From Phoronis australis (taxonomy: Eukaryota; Animalia; Phoronida): a DNA stretch of 64,000 bases. The position numbers were made by a program, and so were the translations under genes. Each line of letters starts with the position of its first letter. The stretch's first letter is position 1. This document shows, piece after piece, positions 38,181 to 51,699 of this stretch. The stretch covers positions 667,981 to 731,980 of the forward strand of contig NMRA01000062.1 of assembly GCA_002633005.1 (NCBI GenBank). Direction: 5' to 3'. The notes under the pieces are model-generated. The model was not told the DNA's origin. It saw only the letters and a list, made by a program, of their open reading frames with translations, and made no database searches.

Positions 38181-40650
38181 ACACGAATCTCGTAAAGTCA
38201 GGCACCAAAAGGAATGCCAAAAAACCATTTATGCTTTCAATAACTGGACTCCTTTTCTGATACTTCCCGTGAATTTATCTCTCAACTGACAACTTCGTGG
38301 CGTTTCCCTGGGTCAGAGTTTCCCATGCAACCGCCGCATTGATTCGTCACTCGCTGCTGGTAACCTGATTTTTAGACTGAGAAAGCATATGCAATACGTA
38401 ATTCAATATGTTGAAAGATACATGTACATGTAGTTTATCCTTGAAAGGCTTGTTTAATTATAGGACTGTCGATTTATAATCATTATTAACGCAACGTTTT
38501 TTTTCAGTATTTCGTTTTGTATTTGTGACAAATAACTTCAGTGAATAGATGGCAATACGTTGGCCACTTTAATGCCTTTAAGACATTTAAAGTGTACATG
38601 TACGCTTCAGTGAAATATGGTAGATTCCTGGTCATAGTATCCGAATCGTAGCGGAAGTTATTTCACGTGCGAGATACTGAAAAAGTTTTCCCGCATTTCA
38701 ACACACGACGCAGACACATTTATTGCACAGACACACCATCACGTGTGGTGAGATATGTTATCAGAAATTAAATATAATTTACAAATGTTTTTCAATTAGA
38801 CAATGACATCGCTTACATGGTGACGTTTACACCCGAGTGTACATTTACTCATATATTTTTGTCATGTAAACCCAACAACCTGGTGGTAAAGTACACCCAC
38901 CTTCTGAGTTCTTGCAAATGTAATTTCATCAATATGCAAACATCCACCAAGGACATGTGAACGGGATTTGAATTTACGTGTACGCACGGAGGACTTAAAT
39001 ACAGAATCGCTCGGCCCAAAGCAAACCCCCCCCCCCCCTTACACTTTGTGCGTCTGAAAGCACCCTCCGTTCAGTCATGCGTGCTTTGGATTTTTTACTA
39101 AACTGTTGTAACTAGGTGAAACTTTCACGGTTTTGTATGCCACGGTTTCGCAGTAAGCACACTAACTGATAGTTTCACTTTATAAAAGAACTTTACGACC
39201 AATGAATTTCCAGAAGCCTTGTGTATCGATGTGTGCGTGTGTTGTATTTGCGAAAGGTATTGGTTTACGTTTACTGATATGGATATGCTGGAATTATTTT
39301 AGAAAAACGTGCATTGCGTGTGGTCTTCAGTGAATGCAAATTCAAATTCTGGAAAGCAGTTGTACTTGCGGGGGCTTCAAACATGATTTGTTCAATGACG
39401 AAAACAATTTGAAAGTCAATACGAGTGCGTGGGAGCAGACAAGTCTGGTTGTGAAGACAAACCCACTACTGTACCTTGCAGCACAAGCGCCCTATTTAGT
39501 TCCATATTTCCGAAATCATGTAAAAAATGTTTACTCAAGTGTTTGGAATAACCACTTTTAGACATAGGTGACCGTTCTCTATACAGGAGGATTTTATTGC
39601 CTCGCTGTGCATGTAAGAGCACGCAATGTACTCTGCATAAGCCCGTCAGAAACATTTTTTCGAGATTTGGTTTGACAAGACAATTCCACAGATAGGTGTT
39701 CTAGGCGCTTGTGAATAAAACTAGCAAGAATACTACGTATAACAATGCAGTTCAGTGACTAATTGTTACTGAGATGTTGTCGGGCATTCATCCAAAATTA
39801 CACAATCTTTATGTATTAATTGGACCTTTGGTGTCGTTTGATCAGTTCCTCAGTAAAAATTCAAGATGCAGTGACATTTATAAAAATATGATCAACTCAT
39901 TACTCCAAATACCTAATACTAAATTTGCAGACTAACAGATAAAAAGCGAGCAAACATCTGTTGTTTAGCATTGACATGTACACTGCGGATATATAATTAC
40001 ATGCATTTGAGAATGCAGAAACGGGGCAACATGCGCGGCGCAGCACTGTAAAAAGTGGGGGCTGTAGCCCCACCCCCAGCCCCCTATGGTGCGCCGCCCG
40101 TGGAAAAGCGGGGTTTCTGGATAAAAAGCGGGACATCTGGGTCTGTGTCCAAACGCAAAGGTGAAATGTTTGCCCCACTAAAAACAACGTTTTCTTTTTT
40201 GTCGAACGAGATACCTAACACAAAATTGCCCCGAGTCGTTTTTTGTTTCTTTAAGTCGACTGGAAAATTGCGGGTGTCTCAATAACCCATCAAAGGTCCC
40301 GTTTTTTCTTTTCGGTCGAACGGGAAAACAGGGGCGCAATGTCGTGTGGAAAATTACAATTGTGTACAGTATAGGCCTATCACATTTCAATTTCGCCGTA
40401 TACCAAAAAGCGGGACATTTTGGCTACAAACATTTTTTTAAAAGTGGGGTAGTCCGTCAAGAGCGAGACAATTGGCAAATACCATGCACGCAACAAAAAG
40501 TATTGGATAAGATTCTTTTACAAGATTAAGTTTTCATTTTTTTAATTTCATTTAAAGGGTACAGGTATATTAACAAAAAATATATGTGCGACGGGTAAAC
40601 ACTGCACAAATGAATTATTACAGAAACAATTCATAACTAATATTTACATG

Positions 40651-40692
40651 CATACGCACACACACACGCACGCACGCACGCACGCACACACA
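40651..40692. repeat. Compound (CA)n/(CGCA)n microsatellite
   Basis: catacgcacacacacacgcacgcacgcacgcacgcacacaca. Confidence 0.85.
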
Positions 40693-42462
40693 TAGCTAAG
40701 CAACTGCGAGTAGTTTTTCGGACGTTATGTAAACACACCTGTTAGTAGGTATTAAACTGTCCATGAATAAATGCAGAAAAAACATCTCAGAAACCAAATG
40801 TCTCTTCTTTCCCCAAACTACAATTACATTCTTGTAAAACCCAAAAATATATTGCTGAAAAACTCCAAGCATGAAGTTTGATAGGTTGTCCTGCGATAAT
40901 TCCGACTGAAAACGAACATTCTCTCGAACAGTTTGTCACCATCATGCACAAAAAACAATGGCAGGGCTATTTGAACATTTGGCAACACTAATTTTATGTT
41001 GGCCGAAATCTGCACAGTCCAAAAAGAGTATCACAGGCGTTTGTACCTCTTGGTCAGCTCTTCAGGACAACTTTCTGATCCATGAGTAGACTTATGTGGT
41101 CTCCGTCAATTCAGAAATTTATAGCAGAGTTCAGAACAAGGAGGAATGTTTTTATCTTCTTGGAACTTGTTTCAAACAAAATTCAGTGTTTGCAACATCA
41201 GGTTTCCACTACAAAAGAAACGTTATCACCAACATAAGCTAGGTTTTCATTCTCTCTTTTAACCTCCCACGAAGCCGTCATTTTTTTGAATTCATGTACA
41301 ATCAACTAAACACAATACATTGTAAGTTAAGCCTCATAGTAGAATAGTTTGGTCTTGTATGCAAGCCCACATGTACAATGAACGCCTCATACACTCATGT
41401 GACTAAGAAATCACGAAAGTGTCTTTGGGAAAGGCATGTCGCAAGTATGTTTATGATGAGAAATTGACAATACTTTTGAGCACACATTTTTATTTACAGA
41501 GTTCTGTACACTGGACTTGTCTTTTTTTCAGATGAAAGAGTTGGAATGTTAACCAATGGGATTGGAAAGGTTAATTAAATTGTTTACATTAACGAAACAT
41601 TAACCTCCGTCCAAGCACGACTATTCCCACTCCTACGATTAATTATATATTGGTTTGTCATCCAATCTCCTTTGTGCCCAGGGCTGATTTATTGTTAAAG
41701 TTTGAGAGGCTTGATTAAGCCTGGTCTTATCTGGTTATAACAGTGGCAAACAAAACATGCCTAATTTACCACAGGGTAAGAGCAAGCCCAGTGCCTGTGG
41801 GGAGGCTTAAAAACAACTTAATGAAAAATATATTAACTTTACTGTTCAATCCACAATTTTGGTAAAAAATAAAACCAAATACTAAAAAAGACAAGTGTTA
41901 ATTTGTAAAAACTAACCAATCTTTATTCCAAGGCAGTCAGTGAAATAAGGGTTTCTGTTGATAAAATATTAGTCGTGAAACTAACAAATTTAGAGCAGCC
42001 ACTAGGGGGTGCAACGGTAGTCTGAAAATGGGAATAAGCAGGTGAAACCTCATCACATACTTCCACCTCAGAAATACAAGTATCTTTGCCCCTGTGTAAA
42101 GTTAATAAGCTGGTGTCTTAGAATAGACTAGATAACTAATTGCCAGGTTTAAAAACAAAAAATAGCCTATTACCGGTGTCAAACTATGTAAGGAAGCCAA
42201 TCAGTTGTACACGACTAAGATACTACCGACTAAGACACTACTGGAAGGACCACTTACTTATTGGTGTACTATTGAAGACAACTAGAGATAACTGTAATGG
42301 TTTGTCAAGCTGTGCTACTAGTCCATACCACAGCATATCAAGCTTGCAATACTGCATACATGAGACAAAAGTAATCCAGTCTAGTCCTTCCAAAAATGAG
42401 ATATCTCATGAGACATCATCCACCTTCAATGGAATCACAGAGGCAGAGAGTCATAGTACATA

Positions 42463-42544
42463 ATAATGTGCCCACATTTTGAGAACAAGTTTGATGCTCA
42501 TGATTCAGTGGAGAAAACTGGTTTTTAAAATGTGGGCATGTTAT
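42463..42544. repeat. ~80-bp palindromic (hairpin) element, copy A
   Basis: Arms ataatgtgcccacattttgagaacaagttt and aaactggtttttaaaatgtgggcatgttat. Confidence 0.7.
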
Positions 42545-43423
42545 ATCAAATTGTCATGGTGGGAGAGGGAGGGGAGGAGGGAGAGAGTACCACAGTAACT
42601 ATAAAAGGGGAATAGTCTTTTGCAGCATCAGATTAGACAAGTCATGTAACCGTCTGTGAGTACTTAAGGACACGCTCCGCAAGGTTTCTAAAGTGTGGTT
42701 CACAATTTTTCCCAAATATTGCAAATTAAAATCATACCTGAATGACATAAAAAACAGTACCAGTTCCTAACCAAAACAGAAAAGTCATTTAAAGAAATAA
42801 GTTGGCAGTATATGCAAAAATGTCAACATTTTCCACAGACATGCCTTGCTCTCAACACCAACCTGTTGCTGAGTATTTACTGTAGTAAGTTGATGTCGTG
42901 ATCTGTTAAAAGATGCCAACAGTTAACCTAATGACCTACTTTGTACTTGAGTGTCATTGGTTCATTTAGAAACGAGACCGACCTCAAGGTCTTCATCTGG
43001 CAGAAGCGGAAACATTTTGGAGGCAAATTTCTTTAACTTTGTGTTCCTAACCCTTGTGCAAGAAATGTGAACAGAACAGAGGATGATCATTTCATAATCC
43101 TGGTACGTTTTTATATTGCGAAGGTCGCACATTCCACGCTTCGTCAAACTTCTTTGACAACCACCGTTTGCAAACACGTCCAGCAAAGCCAGCGCATTTG
43201 AATAGCAGTGGTTTGTGACTGCTTCAAATAGAACAGACAACAACAAACAAGATTGTCATCCTGATCATCTGACCACATTGAACGGAGGATTGCTCACACC
43301 GTCCAATGTGAAACTGCAGTAGATGCACTTCAGCACGAGTGGACACATTGTACATGCACCTAGTTCGATCCAATCCACCATAACCGTGGGTGAGCTCAAG
43401 TCCAATACTACCACATTTCACGT

Positions 43424-43512
43424 TCAGTCTTCATCATCGCTATCCTCGGTTTTCTCAAAAGCAGACGACACTACTGACGCCAAGTCATCTTTACCAGATT
43501 TTAAACGCTCAC
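43424..43512 (-). CDS. CCDC12: CCDC12 exon 4 (terminal)
   Basis: Acceptor aatttacag, RERLKSGKDDLASVVSSAFEKTEDSDDED then TGA. Confidence 0.92.
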
Positions 43513-46500
43513 CTGTAAATTAATTTGAAATAGTACATTATGCTTATTAGAGAACGGCAGTTGGTTGAAATTTTTTGATCATGAAATGACACGAAAGGTA
43601 ATTGTAACTATTAAATACTTTACAACTTCACCGTGAATTAAGCATTCATTAAAAAGTTCTTGATCTTCAAGATCATACTCCAATGACCAGAAAATTCAAT
43701 TTCAAAGCACCCAACTTTAGACATCATACCCTTGTGTATCAATGACACTGTGGAGAAGAACAGATGTCACAAATGTCAATATGAATACTTTATCACAAAA
43801 CGTACTTCACATCCAGTAATTTACAGTCCGTGGACACTGAACAGCAGATCACCCACTCCAGTGCAAGAGTTAAAGACTGAGAATGAGGGCTATGCAGGCA
43901 ATAGTCTGATGTAACCCGCCCTGATTTCGAGAACCAGTTTTCTCCACTGACTAATGGGTATCAAACTGGTTCTCAATATGTGGGCATGTTATATCCGTTG
44001 GTTATGCATGTCACTCACGAATCAACTCTGCTATGGCACGTTGGGTGCGTTTATCCAGCTTCTCCAACTTCTTGGCAATGTCCCTTTTTAAGTCCCAGTC
44101 AGGCTTCCTCGGAGCCAACTTTACCAGATCTACTTCCTCAGCAGCTGGTTCTGGCTTAGCAGCCTCTAGCTGCTCTTTGACATGCTCTTCAACTGAAACG
44201 AATGCAATGACGCCTAAAGCTGCATCTCGCCCTCTAAAGCTGTCTTAAAAAACAATCGAATCAGGCCTTTTACTTTCAAAAATTCCTTACCGCCTTCGAT
44301 TTTATTTTCGTTACGTACACAAACATCGAAATCATCAGCGATTCGAGAAAGCGCTCCAAGTTCATTTGACACTAATCCTAAAACTGGAACTCATAATGCG
44401 TATGTGACGCATTTCCCGAGACTTGCGCTGATAACGGAAATTGAATCCCATCACAGTAAGGAAGGCTATGACACGGATTTTTATGAGAGCAAAAGTTCTA
44501 ATTCAAACTCTTTTTGTTTTTTGTCAGCTAAACAGTTGCCTCAGGAACAGCATCAGGAACAATCTAATTATCATCGTATTAATAAAGATAGAATCTGATT
44601 CATAAAAATATTTAAAAGTGGCCTGCACGCCACCTGTTGGCCACATCACGAGACTTAATGAACAGAAGCCTGAAAAGATTTCTGCCCCCGACCTTTTACA
44701 TTTATTTTGTAAATTTTCTTGAGCTTTGCTGAAAAGTAAACAACAAAAGTGTCAAAGGCTTGTTACACGTCTGAAACAACAGCCTGCTGGCTCCAAATGT
44801 TGCCAAGCATTTTGGGCAATTGCTGGGCAGAACCATCCTTGGCAACAATACGATGAATTCGTGACAAAATATTTTGTGAAATATGGTCAAACGAATGTTT
44901 GATAATGCACCATGTGATTGAAGTGTTCACAAAATAAATATACAAGGAACTTGTCTGGTGTAGCTTGAGGTTGGTTGGCAGAAGATAACGTAGTGTTACG
45001 CCCTTGCCGGCAAGCTCTCCACCACTGGAATATGAAGCATATCATTCAGGAAAAGTACAGCAAGAATCTACAGGTACCTTTGATTGGTTCTACTGTGGGC
45101 AGGGCTGATTCCTTCAGATCCGGGTTTGTTGGCTTGTAACTTCTAAATATGGGTCTGGAAAAGAGAATGTCAGTTTGTAAATACCTTAGGATGAACATAA
45201 ACAATTTATTGAATTCAAATTGTAATTATCTTCATTGTTTACAACACATTTCTTACAGCTGTAAACGATCATCAAACTCCAGTCCACCTTCAAACATAAA
45301 GCCACATAACAGAACAGACCTATTGTCCATAGCTTAAACGCCAGGGTCTCCAGAGGAGTTCTGCTCATCACCTGGTCACGAAACTTATACCAGCATGTAG
45401 AGCTAACGGCCGGGGGATGCATGCAAAACCTGGGAGTTATCAGCCACTCACCTTTCCCGTTGCAGCCGTTTAAGAGCAAAACAATCTAATCAGTGTCATT
45501 TCTTGCACAATTCTCCGCCTTGTACAACAAAAAAAAGTCTATTGTCATTTGGAAAACATTATGCTCGTGACATGCCCATAAGCAATTTCCGAATTTTTTT
45601 GTGACTACAATTCTCAGATGATGGCAGCAAAGTTTTTTCTGAAATTCCGATGTGCTGGTATTAAAATACTTAAAGCTTGGAACGAAATGAAACCAGTTCC
45701 CGATATTTTGTTATAACATGAACACAACCTCGTGAAAGAAGAACAGTTGATTGAAGAATTGGCAAAACAAGAAACAGGCCAATACTCTTGCACAGTAGGC
45801 ACTGAAAGGCGATGCATTAAAGATCACGCCACAAATTTAGCAATGAGAATAGAATAACGGTAGAATGCCATTTCTCTAACAACCGTAAACAATTCAATTT
45901 ACTCAAGGTAGAATGTAGCTTTTAAGGATAACAATTTTGTATCAAATTATATTTGCCAATATTTTACCCACATCGGCACAAACCAGTATATTCCGTATAC
46001 TGTGACCTTTCCACCAAGGCTGCTCTAAAGAGGTTTGCAATCTCACCACTGGGCAGTGCGTGATGTGCGTGATCTACCCCAGTCCAAGGTCACAGCAATT
46101 GACCTGAACATCACGCATCGTAGTGCATCGTTGACGCAATGGCAATGACAATGCCAAATGCAATGCAAAAAGACGCAATGGCAATGACAATGCCAAATGC
46201 AATGCAACGGTTGTATTAGCAAGACTGTGAACCTCGTTGGACTTCTGGCACATATATACTGGGGAACCCAATGGTCGTCCGCCTAAGCATAAAACCGACT
46301 TGCTGTTGTACTCACCGAATTATTCCACTTCAAAGTTATGATCTGAATAGGATTCGATTTAACTCTCACAGATATACCGCATTCATCGATTCGGAAGTTT
46401 TCTTTAATTTGTGCCGAGTTATTTCAAATGTGCACTGCCTTCGGCAGCCATTTTATTGTGACACCTAAGTTCGTCATATGCTGCCCCCTTTTGTAAAAAC

Positions 46501-47410
46501 TGAGAAACATGCAGAAAAAGGCCAACGAAGTAATGAAAATTGCAACAGCCTGTTTTTATTGACATAAACTCGATTTGAAGCTTTGATGTTGAGCTCTGCA
46601 CTGTGGTTTCCAATAAAAGCCAATTGGACAACATTTCAATGCAGTTTAATGGTGAATGCGTGAGGCAAAAATGTTAAGAACCCAGCGTATCGCATTTGTC
46701 TGCGGATTTTTCCTTTGGCCTTCTAGATCCTACTAGTGCCTGGGACAAACAGATACATTGCATAAACAAACCCTGGATCATGTTTTGTGTCCCGTCGGAA
46801 GAAAATTTAAATTCGAAAACATCTTCTGAAAACGCACAAAAAAGTGTATTAGTAAAATCTACTGATTTTTAAGTGGTTTTAAAAAACAATCGGTAAACTC
46901 ACCGATTTTTGTCTCATTACTTTGATACGTGTCTCTTCCGATAAGTTAGTACCTAACGTGCACACGAGCACTCCAAATTGGAACGCTAAGTCCCGCGTGG
47001 TTGCGGTGCACGCGAAACAAGATGGCGGACGACCTTTGGAGCCTGACGACAATAGGTAACCGGACTATACTAGTATCCGACTTAAGCCGAGGTCCCTCTA
47101 TGCTACAGTGTAATGGCCCACACTCTACTCTCTTCCTTACTTATAAAGTGATATGTATGCTCTAAAAAATAGAAATAAGCTTCCATGACCTGTGGCCGTG
47201 AACGCTGTCAACATTTCCCCCAACATTTAAAAAGTCAGTCAACATGCAACGTGTGTCAACTAACTTTGGCAATGACCCCTTTTCATCCGACGGCGCCGCA
47301 ATCTTTTCGGGAGGTCCAGTGGCGTCGCCCCCTTTCCTTGACTTCAGAGCTTTTAGTCGTTCTCTTCTCTTGACAGCTTCGTCTTGCATATTACCTACTG
47401 CTGTATCCAT
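43424..47410 (-). CDS. CCDC12: Coiled-coil domain-containing protein 12 (Cwf18 family spliceosomal protein), 161 aa, four exons
   Basis: Exons 47265-47410, 45078-45154, 44019-44192 and 43424-43512 are GT-AG and phase consistent (486 nt). The translation contains VGNMQDEAVKRRERLKALK, FRSYKP and VEEHVKEQLEAAKPEP..EEVDLVKLAPRKPDWDLKRDIAKKLEKLDKRTQRAIAELIRERLK, the CCDC12 signature. Confidence 0.96.
43909..43994. repeat. ~80-bp palindromic (hairpin) element, copy B, opposite orientation
   Basis: Arms atgtaacccgccctgatttcgagaaccagttt and aaactggttctcaatatgtgggcatgttatat. The loop is approximately the reverse complement of the copy A loop. Confidence 0.7.
44019..44192 (-). CDS. CCDC12: CCDC12 exon 3
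   Basis: Contains LAPRKPDWDLKRD. Acceptor cgtttcag, donor c|gtgagt. Confidence 0.96.
45078..45154 (-). CDS. CCDC12: CCDC12 exon 2
   Basis: Acceptor ttctcttttccag, PIFRSYKPTNPDLKESALPTVEPIK, donor g|gtacct. Confidence 0.9.
46133..46207. repeat. 39-bp tandem duplication built of CAATG motifs
   Basis: gacgcaatggcaatgacaatgccaaatgcaatgcaa occurs at 46133 and 46172. Confidence 0.85.
47265..47410 (-). CDS. CCDC12: CCDC12 exon 1
   Basis: ATG at 47410, MDTAVGNMQDEAVKRRERLKALKSRKGG...SLP, donor aa|gttagt (phase 2). Confidence 0.92.
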
Positions 47411-48025
47411 CGATAAGTTAAAAAACACTCAATGCAACCTCAATAGCTCAATACTATGGGCAACTCGTCACACATCTATACCACAATTCCGTTCAAATTT
47501 CCGCCTTTGTTATGCCATCTGGCAACAGTCACACGAACTAAACATGTGTTTTGACGAAGGTGCTGGTACTTTTCAAATCGGGGTGCATGTATAGGAGTTT
47601 GCTCTCCAGACGCTCTGTTCTACACTCCCGCTATGGCTCACTGGTAGAAAGGGCGTGTTGTCTAACCATCCAAGTATAGTACTTCCAGAGTCAAAAAGAT
47701 TTATCGTGAGTCTTGCTTTTCATTTACCTTCTCCGGCTTCACCAAGAAGTTCGTTCTTTTGTTATGATTATATCCTATATCGTAAACAGGTTTTCGTGAC
47801 ACGTTCTAAAGTTAATAGCCTAATTTGATAGTGCTCGCTTTCATTACGCACCCGCGCTGTGGAATGAGTATCCTGACTGACTGATCAGCCAGGATACAGT
47901 GGTGTTGTTATCAGTTTGACAAAGGCAAATAAAAGTTTACACAGTCCATTTCTCTTAATTTTGCCTGTTTTCATCTGATAAGCCCATGAATGTAATCCAG
48001 CAATAATTTTAAACAGCTCTTTTGA

Positions 48026-49876
48026 TAGGGAGGACAGCATTTTTCAAAACTTTTAGAAAATGTGCATGTAATATACATCATTATAAAGCTCTTTTCGAGA
48101 CTAAAATAACGATAGTAAAATTTTTTAAATTGGACTCATGGTTCCGGAGAAAATGTCATTTTCGTGTCAAAATTTTTGGTAAAAATTCTGTCAAATCGAA
48201 TCTGCGAGTTCAAAATATTATTATTTCAAAACTAAGAAACGTAAATAGACATGTAATGTACATCATTTTAAAGAACTTTTTATGATGAATAATTTGCCAA
48301 AAAACGATTTCGATTAGACGTTCCTGTGCGAAGATATTGACCTTAAAGTCAACACAGCCGACAAAGAGAAGTCACTACGTACAATTTTGCGATTTCGAAT
48401 TTTCATAAAATAACAATTACTCCAGGAAAAAAAAACAAATAAGGTATCATTTTAAAGATTTTTTATCAGGAAAGTTGAAACTTGATAATTGGTTGAGCAA
48501 ATTATTAATATTATTTGTGATATTGTTTTTAACAATCATGCTGTTTGCAACCGGCTTAACTTTGTCACTCAATTACATTAAGTAAAAATCAAAGATAAAC
48601 AAACATCATTTCAAAAATGTATTGATGACAAGTATGATATATAGAACATTTTAATACAAGCTTCTGAAAGACATATAATAAATAAAACTTTTACATAAAC
48701 TTTCCACAACAATGTAATAAAATGAAGACCCTGTCATGAGCCATCCAGGAATGTTCATGCTATAAAACCAACAACTGGAATATTCATAATCCTAAAATTG
48801 TCTCAAGTGATATGAACACAAAAAAGAATTTATGATGGACAGATAAATAAAGTTCTCAAGGCATCCTCAAGGAAGGAGGGGCCAANNNNNNNNNNNNNNN
48901 NNNNNNNNNNNNNNNNNNNNNNNNNNNNNNNNNNNNNNNNNNNNNNNNNNNNNNNNNNNNNNNNNNNNNNNNNNNNNNNNNNNNNNNNNNNNNNNNNNNN
49001 NNNNNNNNNNNNNNNNNNNNNNNNNNNNNNNNNNNNNNNNNNNNNNNNNNNNNNNNNNNNNNNNNNNNNNNNNNNNNNNNNNNNNNNNNNNNNNNNNNNN
49101 NNNNNNNNNNNNNNNNNNNNNNNNNNNNNNNNNNNNNNNNNNNNNNNNNNNNNNNNNNNNNNNNNNNNNNNNNNNNNNNNNNNNNNNNNNNNNNNNNNNN
49201 NNNNNNNNNNNNNNNNNNNNNNNNNNNNNNNNNNNNNNNNNNNNNNNNNNNNNNNNNNNNNNNNNNNNNNNNNNNNNNNNNNNNNNNNNNNNNNNNNNNN
49301 NNNNNNNNNNTGAGTCAGAAATTCGCCCGATTGTCAGAAATTGACGAAATGTTCGTTTAGAACAAGTGTTTGAAATAGTTCATTAATGAACCCTTTAGTG
49401 CGGAATACAGTTCATTACATTCGCAAATTATTCTATATACCAATAAATTCAGCTCGAAGTTGAAGGTCGCGGGAACAGGCGACTTTTTCAACTTTTAAGT
49501 GCAGGAAAGTGAAAACTACTTACATAATCGTGTTCGCAAGGCTCCCTTTTGTTCTTTCACGAAGTTTCACGTAAAAATTCGCGAGTTTAGTCTTCTCCTG
49601 GGTTGAAAACCAAATAGCACTCATTTTTACCGGCATCCATTTTGGTCTGAAAAATCGGTCACGTCCCTGCAAAAAACTCGTGCAAAGTATTATTAAACGA
49701 ATTTTGCGACAAAAAAAGATTATCAGATAAGTAAAACAATATATTTTTTCATAGTTTGCAATAATTTTTATTCACATTTATTACATTTTTGAGTTATTTT
49801 TTGCCGATTGTAGTGAGCGAATTTAACACGGTGACAGATACGCGAAGCGATTCGCTGAAGAATGCTGTCCTCGCTA
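48026..49876. mobile_element. DNA transposon remnant spanning the N gap, TAG-starting TIRs
   Basis: Left TAGGGAGGACAGCATTTTTCA versus right reverse complement TAGCGAGGACAGCATTCTTCA (19/21 identical). The interior is AT-rich and non-coding. Confidence 0.6.
48886..49310. other. Assembly gap (425 N)
   Basis: Run of n characters. Confidence 1.
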
Positions 49877-51699
49877 CTTCTGATGCTGATCAATATTTAA
49901 AAATACTATTTGCAAACAACTTTCAACAAATGTCGTGAACCAGATGTGTTTTGTATGAAACCACTTCCACCAAAAGACTTGCAATGGAAAATTTAATAGT
50001 TGACCTTCAGACTTAACTTTCACCTGCTGATTCCTTTGTGTGACTGTAAGGTCTGATCAGCTTAACCTGGGAGTAATATACATGTTGGTCCTAGGCTTAC
50101 ACCAAGTACAGTGTCCTGTACCAACACAAAAGGTGTGCTTGACAAGTTTAATAGAGAGTAATTCTAGATTAGATCCTGATAGTGGAAATTTCTTGACTTG
50201 TACACTCCAGGGGAATGGTAGGTACTCAGTAATGTGATGACCTGCAGGTCGCTAAAAGTGACCTCAGATTGTGTCTGGTGACCTGGGGAAATCCCGAGTT
50301 GCCACGAAGTCGCCAGTGTGAGCATCAAAGTCAGACAATAACTTTCCTTGAAAGAAATGTTTCAAATTTTGTGATGACTTTCAAATTCTAAAGGTTTTCT
50401 AAGAAGATTTAATCCCTTGGTTCACATTTTTGTTTCGTTTTTTTCGTGACATCAGATCCATTTGTCACCACAGTAGTCGTCACATATCAAACACGCGCAT
50501 ATAAATGATAGCAGGAAGTAAGGAGCCGAAAGTCGGAAATGTTCGGCAAAAATCTGGCAACATCGGTGAAACCCGCGCCTCCAGTGTTCTATCTTTTGTG
50601 GCTGTGAAGAATTGAATATGGAGTTAGGGTAAAGTGCATTTACAATTAAACAAAACTGGACCCTAACAGTTCAGCTGCAAATCAAATTATACCTGGAACT
50701 GAAAGGTATTATGACTGGCCATCCACGTTTTGGTGCTGTACAGTGTTGATTTAACAATTATTTTATTGAAAAATGGAGTTTTCTAAAAATCAGTTTGATT
50801 GCAGTGCCATGACCAGGTAGAAAAACTATGAAATAAATATTTTTGATGCAGAAGAAATTTGAAAAATATTCAACGGTATTATGCACTAATTAACAAGCGT
50901 ATTTGCAAATTTTATTATTTAATAATGTCTATATTTTATTGATTCAAGTTTACTTCTAGAAAATACGTTTGACCAATCAGGTTCCAATTTAGCTTGAACT
51001 TTGAAAATGTCAAAATGGCTCATGGAAATGACCCTTTCTATTAATTGCAACTATATGGAAAACGTGTTTTGGATTGATTGTGACATTGAGTGTCCACTTT
51101 CAGGATTTCCCCAGATGATAGAGCTATGGGACAGGTTGCACATTGCCATAAAAATAGGAAGTTCTTAGTCAGGGATGAAAGTAGAATTTCTTAACAATTA
51201 TCAAACAGTTTAGTATAAATCACTTATTAGCACTGGCTACAATAGTACTAGACAGTTTGATTCGTACTAAAAGTCACTAGTTTTCTAGTTTGGGGGAAAA
51301 TGCCCAAGCCCAAGTAACACTCACTAATGTAACTTCTTAAGATATTCGCTCACTAAATATTGATAGCAACAGCAAGAGGAAAAGATGAAGATTTTCCCGA
51401 TATAAGTTTAATTTTTACCACTATGGATGCTAATAGATATGAGCCCGTGAATATCACCAAAAATGAGAAATGTAGCACTTGCTGAACTTCGGCCATGTTG
51501 CTGTGCTCAAAAGGGACCAATTTGGAGGACATAGACTGATTTCATTTTATTTCCTTGTTTGATTCCTTTTTCAGGAGATTGTTGCCTTTTTCTGGTGAGC
51601 GTTTTCCTCTGCTAACAAATGATTGCTTTGCTAACCAGTGTTATCCACTTCTACTTGGCTGGTTCTGTTATTGTGAACCAGTGGTACAAGTGTAATAGG

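Noticed and set aside
40040-40490. Possible transposon with GGGGCTGTAGCCCC and CGGGACA motifs
   Set aside because: It looks like TE subterminal sequence, but I could not define matching termini.
50495-50630. TATA-like box and possible first exon of CSAD
   Set aside because: The short ATG frame exits in a phase incompatible with the 56022 exon. It could be a UTR exon but cannot be supported from sequence alone.
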